From an uncultured Clostridium sp. (GTDB lineage Bacteria > Bacillota > Clostridia > UBA1381): a stretch of DNA of 64,000 nt. The notes beneath the pieces were generated by a model. It searched no databases. It was given only the letters and a program-made list of their open reading frames with translations, and had not been told where the DNA came from. This document shows, in pieces, positions 29,825-39,802 of the stretch (position 1 is its first letter; each line of letters begins with the position of its first letter). Both the position numbers and the translations under genes were made by a program. The stretch lies in the NCBI GenBank assembly GCA_964426905.1, contig CAYRSG010000001.1, positions 4,786-68,785 on the forward strand, written 5' to 3'.

Positions 29825-30385
29825 TTATTTAACTCTTTCCATATACTCGCCGGTTCTCGTGTCGACTCTGATTTTTTCGTTGACGTCGACAAACAGCGGA
29901 ACCTGAATCGTAGCTCCCGTTTCGAGCGTCGCCGGCTTTGTCGCGTTTGTAGACGTATTTCCGGCAAATCCCGGTTCTGTCTCCGTAACCTCAAGTTCGA
30001 CAAACGTCGGCGGTTCGACGCCGAATATATTTCCCTTATACGACATTATCTTACATACGTCGTTTTCCTTGACAAACTTCATAGCGTCCTCAATTTCAGC
30101 CTTCGCGATATCGATCATATCGAATGTCTCGTTGTCCATGAAATGATAGAAATCATCGTCGCCGTACGAATACGCCATATCTTTTCTGTCAATATGAGCT
30201 TCCTCAAATTTTTCCGTCGGTCTGAACGTCTTTTCAACAACGCCGCCGCTGATAATGTTTTTAAGCTTTGTTCTTACGAACGCCGCGCCCTTGCCCGGCT
30301 TAACGTGCTGAAATTCAACAATCTGATATACATTTCCCTCGTGCTCGAAGGTTCTTCCGTTTCTAAAATCGCCTGCTGTAATCAT
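29825..30385 (-). CDS. efp: Elongation factor P
   Basis: [27 protein letters not shown] and VDTRTGEY motifs. Confidence 0.98.
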   Translation of the reverse strand: MITAGDFRNGRTFEHEGNVYQIVEFQHVKPGKGAAFVRTKLKNIISGGVVEKTFRPTEKFEEAHIDRKDMAYSYGDDDFYHFMDNETFDMIDIAKAEIEDAMKFVKENDVCKIMSYKGNIFGVEPPTFVELEVTETEPGFAGNTSTNATKPATLETGATIQVPLFVDVNEKIRVDTRTGEYMERVK

Positions 30386-30492
30386 AAATAAATCCTCCTG
30401 AATCTTTTGTGATTTAGTTTAATACCTATATTCTAATATATTTTGCCATAAAAATCAAGTTTTATTTACATAAATCCGCAAATTTTCCTAAA

Positions 30493-31239
30493 TTAGAGAA
30501 CCTTATTGATAAAGTCAATCGTTCTCGGCTCCTTCGGGTTCTTTATAACGTCGTCGGGAGTTCCCTCCTCGACTATATATCCGCCGTCCATAAATATTAC
30601 GCGGTCGGCAACCTCGCGGGCAAAGCCCATTTCATGAGTTACTATTACCATTGTCATACCGTCGGCGGCAAGCTGCTTCATAACGTTTAAAACCTCGCCT
30701 ACCATTTCCGGATCGAGCGCGGAGGTCGGCTCGTCAAAAAGCATTATGTCGGGGTTCATGCAAAGCGCTCTCGCTATAGCGACGCGCTGCTTCTGTCCGC
30801 CGGAAAGCTGAGCGGGGTACGAATCCGCCTTTTCAGACAGTCCAACCTTGTCAAGCATGTGCATCGCCTGATTATATGCTTCCACCTTCGACCTCTTTTT
30901 AAGGTCAACGGGAGCGAGCATCAGATTTTTCAAAACGTTAAGGTTATTGAAAAGGTTAAAATGCTGAAAAACCATTCCCACATTTTCTCTTACCTTATTA
31001 ATATCGATTTTCTTATCCGAAATATTATACCCGTCGATCACAACGTCGCCCGACGTTATATCCTCAAGACGGTTCATGCACCTGAGAAACGTTGATTTTC
31101 CGCTTCCCGACGGTCCTATTATACATACGACCTCGCCCTCGCAAATATCGGTTGAAATATCCTTTAACACCTCAAGCTTTCCGAAATTCTTTTTCAGATG
31201 CGAAACGTGAATTTTTATTTTCTCCTTATTGGCGGTCAC
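30493..31239 (-). CDS. Polar amino-acid ABC transporter ATP-binding protein (GlnQ-like)
   Basis: [36 protein letters not shown]. Start moved to the GTG at 31239 after GAAAGGAGG. Confidence 0.93.
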   Translation of the reverse strand: MTANKEKIKIHVSHLKKNFGKLEVLKDISTDICEGEVVCIIGPSGSGKSTFLRCMNRLEDITSGDVVIDGYNISDKKIDINKVRENVGMVFQHFNLFNNLNVLKNLMLAPVDLKKRSKVEAYNQAMHMLDKVGLSEKADSYPAQLSGGQKQRVAIARALCMNPDIMLFDEPTSALDPEMVGEVLNVMKQLAADGMTMVIVTHEMGFAREVADRVIFMDGGYIVEEGTPDDVIKNPKEPRTIDFINKVL

Positions 31240-31900
31240 GGTTAAGCCTCCTTTCCAACAGCTTTGCAAGCTTTGATAAAAGCGTTATTACCACAAGATA
31301 CATAACCGCGACTATCGCCCATGTCTGAAACGACTTAAAGGTGTTTGCCTGAACGTTTTTAGCCGTGTTTACAAGCTCAGGAAAGCCTATAACAGACAAA
31401 ATAGACGTATCCTTCAAGGTAATAATAAACTGATTTATAATGCTGGGTATCATAGTACGGATAGCCTGCGGCAAAACAACGCGCTGCATCGCGCGCCAAT
31501 ACGGAAGTCCGAGGCTCCTCGACGCCTCCATCTGTCCTATGTCGACAGACTGAATACCCGCTCTTATAATCTCAGCCATATACGCGCCGCAGTTTAAGGC
31601 AAGACATATCGTACCCGCCTGGAGCGCGGTAAGCGTAATTCCGCCTATTCCCATAATATTATTCAACAGATACGGAACTCCGAAAAATACGAAAAACGCG
31701 AGAACTATCATCGGCACTCCGCGTATAACATCAACAAAAATCTGGGATATGACGTTGCAGACCTTGTTTTTAAGAACGCTTAAAATTCCGAAAATCAAAC
31801 CGAGAATACACGCGAAAAACAGTCCGCAAAGCGCGAGAAGAAGCGTTTGTCCCATTGCGCGCAGCAGCATCGTTCCGTAATTTGTTATAATCTGAAGCAT
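31226..31900 (-). CDS. Polar amino-acid ABC transporter permease
   Basis: [33 protein letters not shown] (EAA loop) and LKDTS. Start moved to MLQII (31900) after GAGGGG. Confidence 0.93.
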   Translation of the reverse strand: MLQIITNYGTMLLRAMGQTLLLALCGLFFACILGLIFGILSVLKNKVCNVISQIFVDVIRGVPMIVLAFFVFFGVPYLLNNIMGIGGITLTALQAGTICLALNCGAYMAEIIRAGIQSVDIGQMEASRSLGLPYWRAMQRVVLPQAIRTMIPSIINQFIITLKDTSILSVIGFPELVNTAKNVQANTFKSFQTWAIVAVMYLVVITLLSKLAKLLERRLNRDRQ

Positions 31901-31923
31901 GTTTTCCCCTCTCTTCCACAACT

Positions 31924-31960
31924 GAAAAGGCTGTTGCGTAAAAACGGCAACAGTCCCTTC
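31924..31960 (-). terminator. Intercistronic hairpin between binding-protein and permease genes
   Basis: GAAAAGGCTGTTGC-N9-GCAACAGTCCCTTC imperfect inverted repeat. Confidence 0.6.
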
Positions 31961-31989
31961 ATTGTAAACTATTGTTTTTTCAGGTATTA

Positions 31990-32775
31990 TCAGCCGAGGT
32001 ATTTTGCAATAATCTCGTCATACTTGCCGTTAGCTTTTATGTTCTTCAAACCTGCGTTGAACATATCAATAAGCTCCTGTTTGTCAGCGCTGAAAACAGC
32101 GAAGCCGTATGGATTACCCTCGTTTTCGGTTCCTTCAACGATCTTAAGATTAAGGTCGCCGTCCTTTATGGACGAAGCCATAATCGGAGTATCCTCGAAG
32201 CAAGCGGCGGCCTGACCGCCCGCTACCGCCTGATACATCGTCGGCGAATCCTCAAAATATGTAATACTGAAGCCGTTTGCGTCCTTGAGACTTTCAGCGT
32301 AGGACGCGCCCTGCGTGCCTGTCTTTACGGCGACGGTCTTGCCGTTAAGATCTTCAAAGCCCTTTATTTCCGAATCAGCCGCAACCGCTATCGACTGCGT
32401 AGCGTCATAATATCCGTCAGAGAAAATCCAGCCGCTTGCCTTACGCTCGTCTGTAATAGACGCGCCCGCAATCATGCCGTCGGCCTGACCGGCTTGACAA
32501 GCCGCGATAGAAGCGTCCCAACCGAGACTCTTCATTTCGTATTCGAAGCCCTGATCCTCCGCTATCGCCGCTACGATATCAACGTCGATACCTACGAAGT
32601 CGCCGTTTTTATCCGTGTATTCAAACGGCTTGAATACGGTATCGGTAGCGATAACCCATTTTTTCCCCGATGCGTTCGTTCCGTTTTCCGCCGCATTCTC
32701 CGCCGGCGCGCCGCAGCCTGCGAGAACTCCCGCCGCAAGAACAGACGTCAGTAAAACCGCAAATAATTTTTTCAT
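31990..32775 (-). CDS. Polar amino-acid ABC transporter substrate-binding lipoprotein
   Basis: Lipobox LAGC; FKPFEY, GIDVDI, ITDERK and VAVKTGT family-3 SBP motifs. Confidence 0.93.
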   Translation of the reverse strand: MKKLFAVLLTSVLAAGVLAGCGAPAENAAENGTNASGKKWVIATDTVFKPFEYTDKNGDFVGIDVDIVAAIAEDQGFEYEMKSLGWDASIAACQAGQADGMIAGASITDERKASGWIFSDGYYDATQSIAVAADSEIKGFEDLNGKTVAVKTGTQGASYAESLKDANGFSITYFEDSPTMYQAVAGGQAAACFEDTPIMASSIKDGDLNLKIVEGTENEGNPYGFAVFSADKQELIDMFNAGLKNIKANGKYDEIIAKYLG

Positions 32776-32954
32776 AATTTCATTTCCTTTCTTTGCCGTA
32801 CATTAACGGCGTTTTTAATACATTACTATAATTATAACCGTAAAATCGCCGTATGTCAAGAAAAATATGAATATAAAGGCAATTATACCGTATTTCGGAA
32901 GTTTGACCGTTCAAAAAAGCGAAAAATCAGGAAATCGTCGTCTTTCTCATTTAT

Positions 32955-33000
32955 AAAAAACGATGATTAAAAATGAGCAAATCATTTTTAATCATCGTTT
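32955..33000 (-). terminator. Terminator after the SASP gene
   Basis: AAACGATGATTAAAAATGA-gcaaa-TCATTTTTAATCATCGTTT perfect 19-bp stem. Confidence 0.75.
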
Positions 33001-33045
33001 ATTTGGGTTAAAATCTTATGATATAAGGTTTAGCTTCAGAACGAC

Positions 33046-33237
33046 TTATTTCATTCTGCTTTCGTAATCCGTAATCATCTTCTTAACCATCTGTCCTCCG
33101 ACGCTGCCCGCCTGCTTAGCCGTAAGGTCGCCGTTGTAACCCTGCTTAAGGTCAACTCCCACCTCGCTTGCAGCTTCCATCTTGAACTGTTCCATCGCCG
33201 CCTTAGCCTCAGGAACCTGAATCTTGCTTCTGCTCAT
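33046..33237 (-). CDS. Alpha/beta-type small acid-soluble spore protein
   Basis: FKMEAASEVGV...YNGDLTAKQAGSVGGQMVKKM; RBS AAGGAGG. Confidence 0.96.
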   Translation of the reverse strand: MSRSKIQVPEAKAAMEQFKMEAASEVGVDLKQGYNGDLTAKQAGSVGGQMVKKMITDYESRMK

Positions 33238-33309
33238 TTCTTTTCCCTCCTTAAAACCAAAGTCTTTACTCTATTTAAAATTTGTGTCGAATTATATCGG
33301 CTACACTAC

Positions 33310-33338
33310 TATTTTGTACACGGATTAAAATAATATTC
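33310..33338 (-). promoter_or_regulatory. Sigma-G-like forespore promoter of the SASP gene
   Basis: Minus strand GAATA-N17-CAAAATA, resembling the sigma-G consensus GHATR-N17/18-CATXHTA. Confidence 0.55.
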
Positions 33339-33429
33339 TAAAATCATCTTAGTAATATTTAACTTTATAAAATATTGAAAAAAAAGTCGAACAGTGGTAC
33401 AATATAATTAAATAATCCACGAAAGGATA

Positions 33430-34701
33430 ATGACAATGATAAAGGAGATTATATTACTCAAGCTCAAATCCGCGTCCGAATATATTATAACGTTTTTTAA
33501 ATGGGGGCTGATTTCCGTTATTATCGGAGGCGTGGGAGGAATTGTCGGCGCGCTGTTTCATACAAGCGTCAGCGAGGCGAATATATTTTTTACAAAATAC
33601 GACAAGCTGATATTTCTTCTGCCGGCGGGCGGTCTCTTGATTGTCGCTATGTACAAAAAATGCCGCATGCTCGAAAACAAAGGCGCCGACAGCGTTATTT
33701 CATCCATAAGAAGCAACGAGGGCGTGCCGTTTTCGCTTGCGCCGCTGATTTTTGTAAGCACCGTTATAACTCATCTGCTCGGCGGAAGCGCGGGACGCGA
33801 GGGCGCGGCGCTGCAGCTCGGCGGAAGCATAGGCAGTAATATAGGAAAGCTGTTTCGTCTTGACGAAAAGGATATGCACATGGTTATAATGTGCGGAATG
33901 AGCGCGGTATTTTCCGCTCTGTTCGGTACTCCGATAACGGCGACGCTGTTCGCGCTGGGAGTAACAAGCGTCGGAATAATGTATTATTCGGGACTTGTGC
34001 CGTGCCTTATATCCTCGCTCGCCGCGTATCTTATCACAACGCTTTCAGGTATCGCTCCGACGCATTTCACCATTATGTATATTCCCTCCGTTACCGTTAT
34101 TACGGTTCTTAAAACGATTTTCATAGCCGTATTATGCGCGGAGCTTAGCATAATTTTTTGCACGGTAATGCATTACACGGCGCGGTATATGAAAATATGG
34201 TTTAAAAATCCGTACCTGCGTATATTTATCGGAGGTCTCGCGATAATAGCGCTGACGTATCTCACGGGAACGAGAGATTACAACGGCTCGGGTATGAATA
34301 TCATTACAAACGCGGTTGAAAACGGCTATGCGAACGGATGGGCGTGGGCGCTTAAAATCATTTTTACGGCGATTACCATCAGCTCCGGCTACAAAGGCGG
34401 AGAAATCGTTCCCACCTTCTTTATCGGAGCAACCTTTGGCTGTTTTATCGGAAATCTTATAGGACTTACGCCCGCCTTCAGCGCGGCGGTTGGTATGGTC
34501 GCAATGTTCTGCGGAACGCTCAACTGTCCCGTAGCCTCTATTATTCTCAGTATTGAGCTTTTCGGCGCGAAAGGACTTATACTGTTCGCCGCTTCCGCCG
34601 GAGTAAGCTACATGCTGTCGGGCTATTACGGTCTTTACAGCTCTCAGAAAATTGTTTACTCAAAACTAAAAGACGAATATATAAACGCCGACACAAAATA
34701 A
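33430..34701 (+). CDS. ClC/EriC family anion channel or transporter
   Basis: GGSAGREGAALQLG, FSALFGTP, GYKGGEIVP, ELFG; many TM helices. Confidence 0.9.
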   Translation: MTMIKEIILLKLKSASEYIITFFKWGLISVIIGGVGGIVGALFHTSVSEANIFFTKYDKLIFLLPAGGLLIVAMYKKCRMLENKGADSVISSIRSNEGVPFSLAPLIFVSTVITHLLGGSAGREGAALQLGGSIGSNIGKLFRLDEKDMHMVIMCGMSAVFSALFGTPITATLFALGVTSVGIMYYSGLVPCLISSLAAYLITTLSGIAPTHFTIMYIPSVTVITVLKTIFIAVLCAELSIIFCTVMHYTARYMKIWFKNPYLRIFIGGLAIIALTYLTGTRDYNGSGMNIITNAVENGYANGWAWALKIIFTAITISSGYKGGEIVPTFFIGATFGCFIGNLIGLTPAFSAAVGMVAMFCGTLNCPVASIILSIELFGAKGLILFAASAGVSYMLSGYYGLYSSQKIVYSKLKDEYINADTK

Positions 34702-34717
34702 TTAAGGAGTTGATTAC

Positions 34718-35596
34718 ATGATTTTAGGATTTTCTTTTTACGAGCTTATATGGCTTTTCTTTATCTACGCCTTTTTAGGCTGGTGCATAGAGGTCGCGTG
34801 GTGCGGTATAGGCGAGGGACATTTTGTGAACCGCGGATTTTTAAACGGTCCCGTATGCCCGATTTACGGGGCGGGCGCCGTCGCCGTTATTCTGTGCCTT
34901 ACGCCGATAAAAAATACGGCTCTGCTCTTTGTATGCTCAATGATTGTGACGTCGCTTTTGGAGCTTATAACAGGCTTCGCGCTTGAAAAAATATATCATA
35001 TGCGCTGGTGGGATTACAGCGATATACCCTTTAACCTCGGCGGCTACATATGCCTTAAATACTCGATTTACTGGGGAGCGGTATGTATCGCGCTGATGAA
35101 AGGTATTCATCCGGCGATATATGAAATTGTGAAAAAATTCCCGCATACCGCGGGTATAATCATTCTTATATTTTTATCCGCAGTATTTATTGCGGACATA
35201 ATTATCACGGTAATAGCTACCGGCAAGCTCACAAAACGCGTAAAGCTGATGAGCGAAATTGCCGAAAAAATACACGGCGTTTCCGACGATATCGGCGAGC
35301 ATATATACGACGGCGTGTCAACCGTGATGAAAAAGGGCGAAGAGATATACAACAGCGAAAACGCAAAAGAATTTCGGGAAAAATACTCCGCCGGTATGGA
35401 TGATGCGAAGCAGAAAAAAGATGAAATCAAGACAAAATACGGAAAGGATATCAAGGAGCTTAAAGATAAATACGCCGCTCTTGCCGGCGAAAGCCATATT
35501 TTCCAAAGACGTATTATTAAAGCCTTCCCTAATATTAAATCAAAGCGTCATAACGAACATCTCGAAAAACTGAAGGAAAAAATAAAACGGAAATAA
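34718..35596 (+). CDS. Putative ABC transporter permease (DUF1113/CmpB-like) membrane protein
   Basis: YAFLGWCIE, NRGFLNGPVCPIYG and RWWDYSDIPFNLGGYICL motifs; C-terminal coiled tail. Confidence 0.85.
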   Translation: MILGFSFYELIWLFFIYAFLGWCIEVAWCGIGEGHFVNRGFLNGPVCPIYGAGAVAVILCLTPIKNTALLFVCSMIVTSLLELITGFALEKIYHMRWWDYSDIPFNLGGYICLKYSIYWGAVCIALMKGIHPAIYEIVKKFPHTAGIIILIFLSAVFIADIIITVIATGKLTKRVKLMSEIAEKIHGVSDDIGEHIYDGVSTVMKKGEEIYNSENAKEFREKYSAGMDDAKQKKDEIKTKYGKDIKELKDKYAALAGESHIFQRRIIKAFPNIKSKRHNEHLEKLKEKIKRK

Positions 35597-35672
35597 ATTC
35601 CGTAATAAAATTTACAGCGGGGGCGGTCTCACGGCCGCTCCCGCAGACTTAACCGCGTGCGCCGGCGGCATT

Positions 35673-36953
35673 TTAAAATACAAAATCAAATTCCAAATCG
35701 CCTATTCTTACGGTATCGCCTTCTTTAATTCCCATATTGACAAGCTCCTCGATAACTCCGCGGTTTAAGAGAGCGCGCTGGAAATACTGTAACGACTCGT
35801 TATCGGAAAAATTAACGCTTCCTCCTACCGCTTCAATCCACGAGCCGGACACAACGTACGTCTCATTATCGCGCGTAATCTCAAAGCCTTTTTCGTCCTT
35901 TAAGATATATTCCTCCTCGTCCACGCTCATCTCCGGCTCAAACACAGTCACGGGCGGCAGCTTTGTAAGCTCCTCATACGTTCTGTTCATAAGCTCCTTA
36001 ACGCCCTTGTTCGCGGCGGCGGAGATCTCAAACACTTCGATACCGCGTTTTTTCATTTCCGAGAGAAACGCTTTGTACGCTTCTTTATCCTGTATGATAT
36101 CCGTTTTGTTCGCGGCGACAAGCTGAGGTCTTTCCTCAAGAGCCATATCGTATTTTGAAAGCTCCAAATTTATTATATCGAAATCCTCGACGGGGTTTCT
36201 GCCCTCAATTCCCGATACGTCTACAACGTGTATCAGTATCCTCGTGCGTTCTATATGTCTTAAAAACTCGTGTCCGAGTCCTACTCCCTCGCTCGCGCCC
36301 TCGATAATACCCGGAATATCCGCCAGGACGAAGCTGCGGCTATCGCCCAAGTCTACGACGCCGAGATTCGGCTCAAGCGTCGTAAAATGATAATTGGCGA
36401 TTTTCGGGTCGGCTTTCGTCGTCATCGACAGCAGCGTTGACTTACCGACGTTCGGGAAGCCGACAAGTCCGGCGTCAGCCAGAAGCTTCAATTCGAGAAT
36501 TATCTCCCTCTCGTCTCCCGGCTGACCGTTCTTTGCGAAATTCGGAGTCTGCCGCACAGCCGTCGCAAAATGCGCGTTGCCCCAGCCGCCGTTGCCGCCT
36601 CTCGCGAGCACAACCTCCTTTTCGGGGTCGGACATATCCGCAATAATCCGGTTGCTTTCAGCGTCGCGCACAATCGTTCCCTGCGGAACCTTTATTACGA
36701 CGTCGTTTCCGCTCGCGCCTTTACGGCGTTTGCCCGAGCCGTCCTCTCCCGCGGGAGCGGAATATTTGCGCTTGTACTTAAAATCCATGAGCGTCGTCAT
36801 TCCAAGCTCCGCTTTAAATATAACGCTTCCGCCTTTTCCGCCGTCGCCTCCGTCAGGTCCGCCCGCCGCGATATACTTTTCCCGCCGGAACGATATCGCG
36901 CCGTTGCCGCCTTTGCCGGCCTTTATAAATATTTTCGCTTTATCTATAAACAT
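35673..36953 (-). CDS. obgE: GTPase ObgE
   Basis: Gly-rich Obg fold (FRREKY, GGPDGGDGG), GFPNVGKST, YHFTT, DIPG, NKTD and C-terminal OCT domain. Confidence 0.98.
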   Translation of the reverse strand: MFIDKAKIFIKAGKGGNGAISFRREKYIAAGGPDGGDGGKGGSVIFKAELGMTTLMDFKYKRKYSAPAGEDGSGKRRKGASGNDVVIKVPQGTIVRDAESNRIIADMSDPEKEVVLARGGNGGWGNAHFATAVRQTPNFAKNGQPGDEREIILELKLLADAGLVGFPNVGKSTLLSMTTKADPKIANYHFTTLEPNLGVVDLGDSRSFVLADIPGIIEGASEGVGLGHEFLRHIERTRILIHVVDVSGIEGRNPVEDFDIINLELSKYDMALEERPQLVAANKTDIIQDKEAYKAFLSEMKKRGIEVFEISAAANKGVKELMNRTYEELTKLPPVTVFEPEMSVDEEEYILKDEKGFEITRDNETYVVSGSWIEAVGGSVNFSDNESLQYFQRALLNRGVIEELVNMGIKEGDTVRIGDLEFDFVF

Positions 36954-36969
36954 ATCCGTTTTTTTCTCC

Positions 36970-37638
36970 TTATATTTTCTTTACCGCGTTATAGATATCG
37001 TTTTGAATATCGGAAACCGAACGCATACGCGAATTCTTCACACATGCGATCCGCGTCCAGCCGAAACGCTCCGCAACAAATACGGCGTTTTTATAGCTTG
37101 TTTCAAGATACGCAAAATCACTCTCGTGAATATCCTTTTCGCTTCCTCCGCCGTATTTATTGGCGCGGTCTTTCATAAGGCGCGCGCCGTACTCCGGCGG
37201 CATATCGAGAAATATTGTCGCGTCGGGACGCGGAAGCGAGTATATATTGTATTCCAAATCGTCAAGCCAGTCGAGGAATTTCAGCTTTTCCTCCGCGCTT
37301 TCGATTTTACTTGCCTGATGAATAAGATTCGAGGAAACATATCTGTCCGCGATAATTATCGCGCCGTCGTTATAATCCTTACCCCAGTCTGTACGGTACG
37401 TCGCGAAACGGTCGGCGGCAAACAGCGTAGAAGCGGCGTACGCGTTCACGTCGGACGGCTTTTTCCCGAAATCGCCGTTAAGGTACATCTTCACAAGCGC
37501 CGACGACGGTTTGTCATATGCCGGAAACGATATTCTTTTTGCTTTTTTTCCCTCGCTGAGCAGTTTTTTATACAAAAGCTCCGTCTGAGTCTGCTTTCCG
37601 CTCGCATCGACGCCGTCGATCGCTATAAGTATTCCCAT
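36970..37638 (-). CDS. tmk: Thymidylate kinase
   Basis: P-loop IDGVDASGKQTQ, FAADR, DRYVSSN and DIHE. Confidence 0.9.
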   Translation of the reverse strand: MGILIAIDGVDASGKQTQTELLYKKLLSEGKKAKRISFPAYDKPSSALVKMYLNGDFGKKPSDVNAYAASTLFAADRFATYRTDWGKDYNDGAIIIADRYVSSNLIHQASKIESAEEKLKFLDWLDDLEYNIYSLPRPDATIFLDMPPEYGARLMKDRANKYGGGSEKDIHESDFAYLETSYKNAVFVAERFGWTRIACVKNSRMRSVSDIQNDIYNAVKKI

Positions 37639-37647
37639 AACTTCTCC

Positions 37648-38385
37648 CTAATTCTGTTTATAATTTTTGCCCTTCGCTACAACAGTCGCCGCAAATTTCG
37701 GCAGTTCCATCATTCTGCCGATTCTCCACGGCTCCTTACACAGTCTGTAGAACCACTCAAGACCCGTTTTGCGGAAAAACTCCGGCGCTCTTTGTACTTT
37801 ACCCGCGAACACGTCAAGGCTTCCGCCTATTCCCATAGCCACGCGCACTCTAAGCTCATCGCGGCGACGGTCTATCCATTCCTCCTGCTTCGGCGCTCCG
37901 AGACACACAAAGACTATATCCGCGCCGGAATTATTGATTTCCTCAACAATTTCAGCCTCCTCCTCCGGTTTAAAATAACCGTTGCGAAGTCCCGCTATAT
38001 TGAGCTTGGGATAATCCTTCAAAAGACGCGCTTTCGCTTCCTCCGCCACTCCCGGCTTTCCTCCGAAAAGAAACAGCTTATGGTCTGTGTAATTCATTTT
38101 CTCAAGCACCTGTCTTGCTATATCATAGCCCGCCGCGCGTTCCTTTATCGGCTTTTTCAGTATCTTCGACGCGTAAACCACGCCTATCCCGTCAGCCGTA
38201 AGAAGATCGGCGCGGTTCAGCAGCGCGGCAAATTCGCTGTTTTTGTACGCGTGCATAATTATCTCGGAATTCGGCGTAAAAACGGCGTGAAATTTGTCCT
38301 CGCTCAAAAAACGCATAATGAGGTCGGCCGCTTCCGATATATTAACCATATCAACATGTACGCCGAGTATATTTACCTTTTCCAT
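37648..38385 (-). CDS. tagA: WecB/TagA/CpsF family glycosyltransferase
   Basis: TPNSE, ADGIGVV, LGAPKQE, GIGGSLDV, RAP, GLEWFYRL and EPWR motifs. Confidence 0.9.
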   Translation of the reverse strand: MEKVNILGVHVDMVNISEAADLIMRFLSEDKFHAVFTPNSEIIMHAYKNSEFAALLNRADLLTADGIGVVYASKILKKPIKERAAGYDIARQVLEKMNYTDHKLFLFGGKPGVAEEAKARLLKDYPKLNIAGLRNGYFKPEEEAEIVEEINNSGADIVFVCLGAPKQEEWIDRRRDELRVRVAMGIGGSLDVFAGKVQRAPEFFRKTGLEWFYRLCKEPWRIGRMMELPKFAATVVAKGKNYKQN

Positions 38386-38394
38386 AATTTTCTC

Positions 38395-39759
38395 CTATCT
38401 GTCTTCTATTTTTACATATTCCTTTGAGTGAAGCATTGATTTATACGCGGGGCGGATAATTCTTCCGCATCCGATAACCTCCTCGAGTCTGTGCGCGCAC
38501 CAGCCGACGATTCTTGAAATCGCGAACAGCGGCGTATACATATCCGGCGGTATCGAAAGCATCTTGTAAACAAAGCCCGAATACATATCGACATTCGCGC
38601 ACATTACCTTAGAGCTGCGCTTAACCTCGGCAAATACCTCCGGAGTAAGTCTTTCTACGGCGCGGTAAAGATTAAATTCCTTCTCAAAGTCGGGATTTTT
38701 CTCAACAAGTCCCTTCGCCTTATCCTTTAAAAGAATACATCTCGGGTCGCTGTAGGTATAAATCGCGTGTCCCATTCCATAAACGAGTCCGGAGCCGTCG
38801 AACGCTTCTTTTCTCATAATCTTCGCAAGGTACGCTTTTACCTCGTCATCGTCCGCCCAATCATTTACATGGCTCTTGATATCCTCCATCATGCCCATTA
38901 CCTTCGCGTTAGCGCCGCCGTGCTTAGGACCTTTCAGCGAGCCTATCGCCGCGGCGATAGCGGAGTATGTATCCGTATCCGAGGACGAAACGACTCTTGT
39001 GGCGAACGCGGAATTGTTACCGCCGCCGTGTTCCGCGTGGATCATGAGCATAACGTCAAGCATCTCAGCCTCCTCGCGCGTATACTTATTATCGGGACGA
39101 AGCATATACAGAAGGTTTTCAGCCGTCGAAAGTCCCGTCTGCGGAGTGTGCAGGTAAAGACTGTTTCCGTCATGATAATGGCTTTTCGCCTGATATCCGT
39201 AAGCCGCCATAACAGGCAGACGCGCGATAAGCTCTATCGACTGACGAAGTATGTTTCCGACGGTTATCTCGTCGGGATTCGGATCATAAGAATACGCGGC
39301 AAGAACGCTTCTCGCCATTTTGTTCATTATATTTTTGCTCGGAGCCTTCAGTATCATGTCCTCCGCAAAACCGTCGGGCAACGCGCGAAGATTGCCTATA
39401 AGGCGCGAAAAATCCGAAAGCGTTCTGCTCTGCGGAAGACGTCCGAACAGCAAAAGATACGCTACTTCCTCAAAGCCGAAGCGTTTTTCCTTCTCGCAGT
39501 TTCTCACAAGGTCTGTGACGTCGTATCCTCTGTAACGAAGACGTCCGTGAGTAGGCAGCTTCTCGCCGTCGTCAATATAATAGCCTATAACGGCTCCGAC
39601 AGACGTCAGTCCCGCCATTACGCCCGTTCCGTCTTCGTTGCGGAGTCCTCTTTTTACGCTGTACTGCTTGAAAAGGTCCTTTTTAAACGGCTTGTAAATA
39701 TCAGCCGCCGCCTTCTGAAATCTTTCCTGAAGCCTTTCTCTGTCTTCCTTGTTAAGCAT
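38395..39759 (-). CDS. gltA: Citrate (Si)-synthase / 2-methylcitrate synthase family
   Basis: LRYRGY, HAEHGGGNNS, GPKHGGAN, YGMGHAIY, DPR, ANVDMYSG and RP motifs. Start moved to MLNKED (39759). Confidence 0.88.
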   Translation of the reverse strand: MLNKEDRERLQERFQKAAADIYKPFKKDLFKQYSVKRGLRNEDGTGVMAGLTSVGAVIGYYIDDGEKLPTHGRLRYRGYDVTDLVRNCEKEKRFGFEEVAYLLLFGRLPQSRTLSDFSRLIGNLRALPDGFAEDMILKAPSKNIMNKMARSVLAAYSYDPNPDEITVGNILRQSIELIARLPVMAAYGYQAKSHYHDGNSLYLHTPQTGLSTAENLLYMLRPDNKYTREEAEMLDVMLMIHAEHGGGNNSAFATRVVSSSDTDTYSAIAAAIGSLKGPKHGGANAKVMGMMEDIKSHVNDWADDDEVKAYLAKIMRKEAFDGSGLVYGMGHAIYTYSDPRCILLKDKAKGLVEKNPDFEKEFNLYRAVERLTPEVFAEVKRSSKVMCANVDMYSGFVYKMLSIPPDMYTPLFAISRIVGWCAHRLEEVIGCGRIIRPAYKSMLHSKEYVKIEDR

Positions 39760-39802
39760 ATCCTTGCCGCTTCCTTTCCGCCCGCGTTTTCCGGGCAATC
39801 AA

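Noticed and set aside
33340-33429. Fluoride riboswitch before the ClC gene
   Set aside because: Short AT-rich leader with no GGnGATGnnGT pseudoknot core.
36577-38427. 616-aa plus-strand ORF, the longest unexplained ORF in the track
   Set aside because: Entirely antisense to obgE, tmk and tagA, with no RBS and no motifs; a shadow frame.
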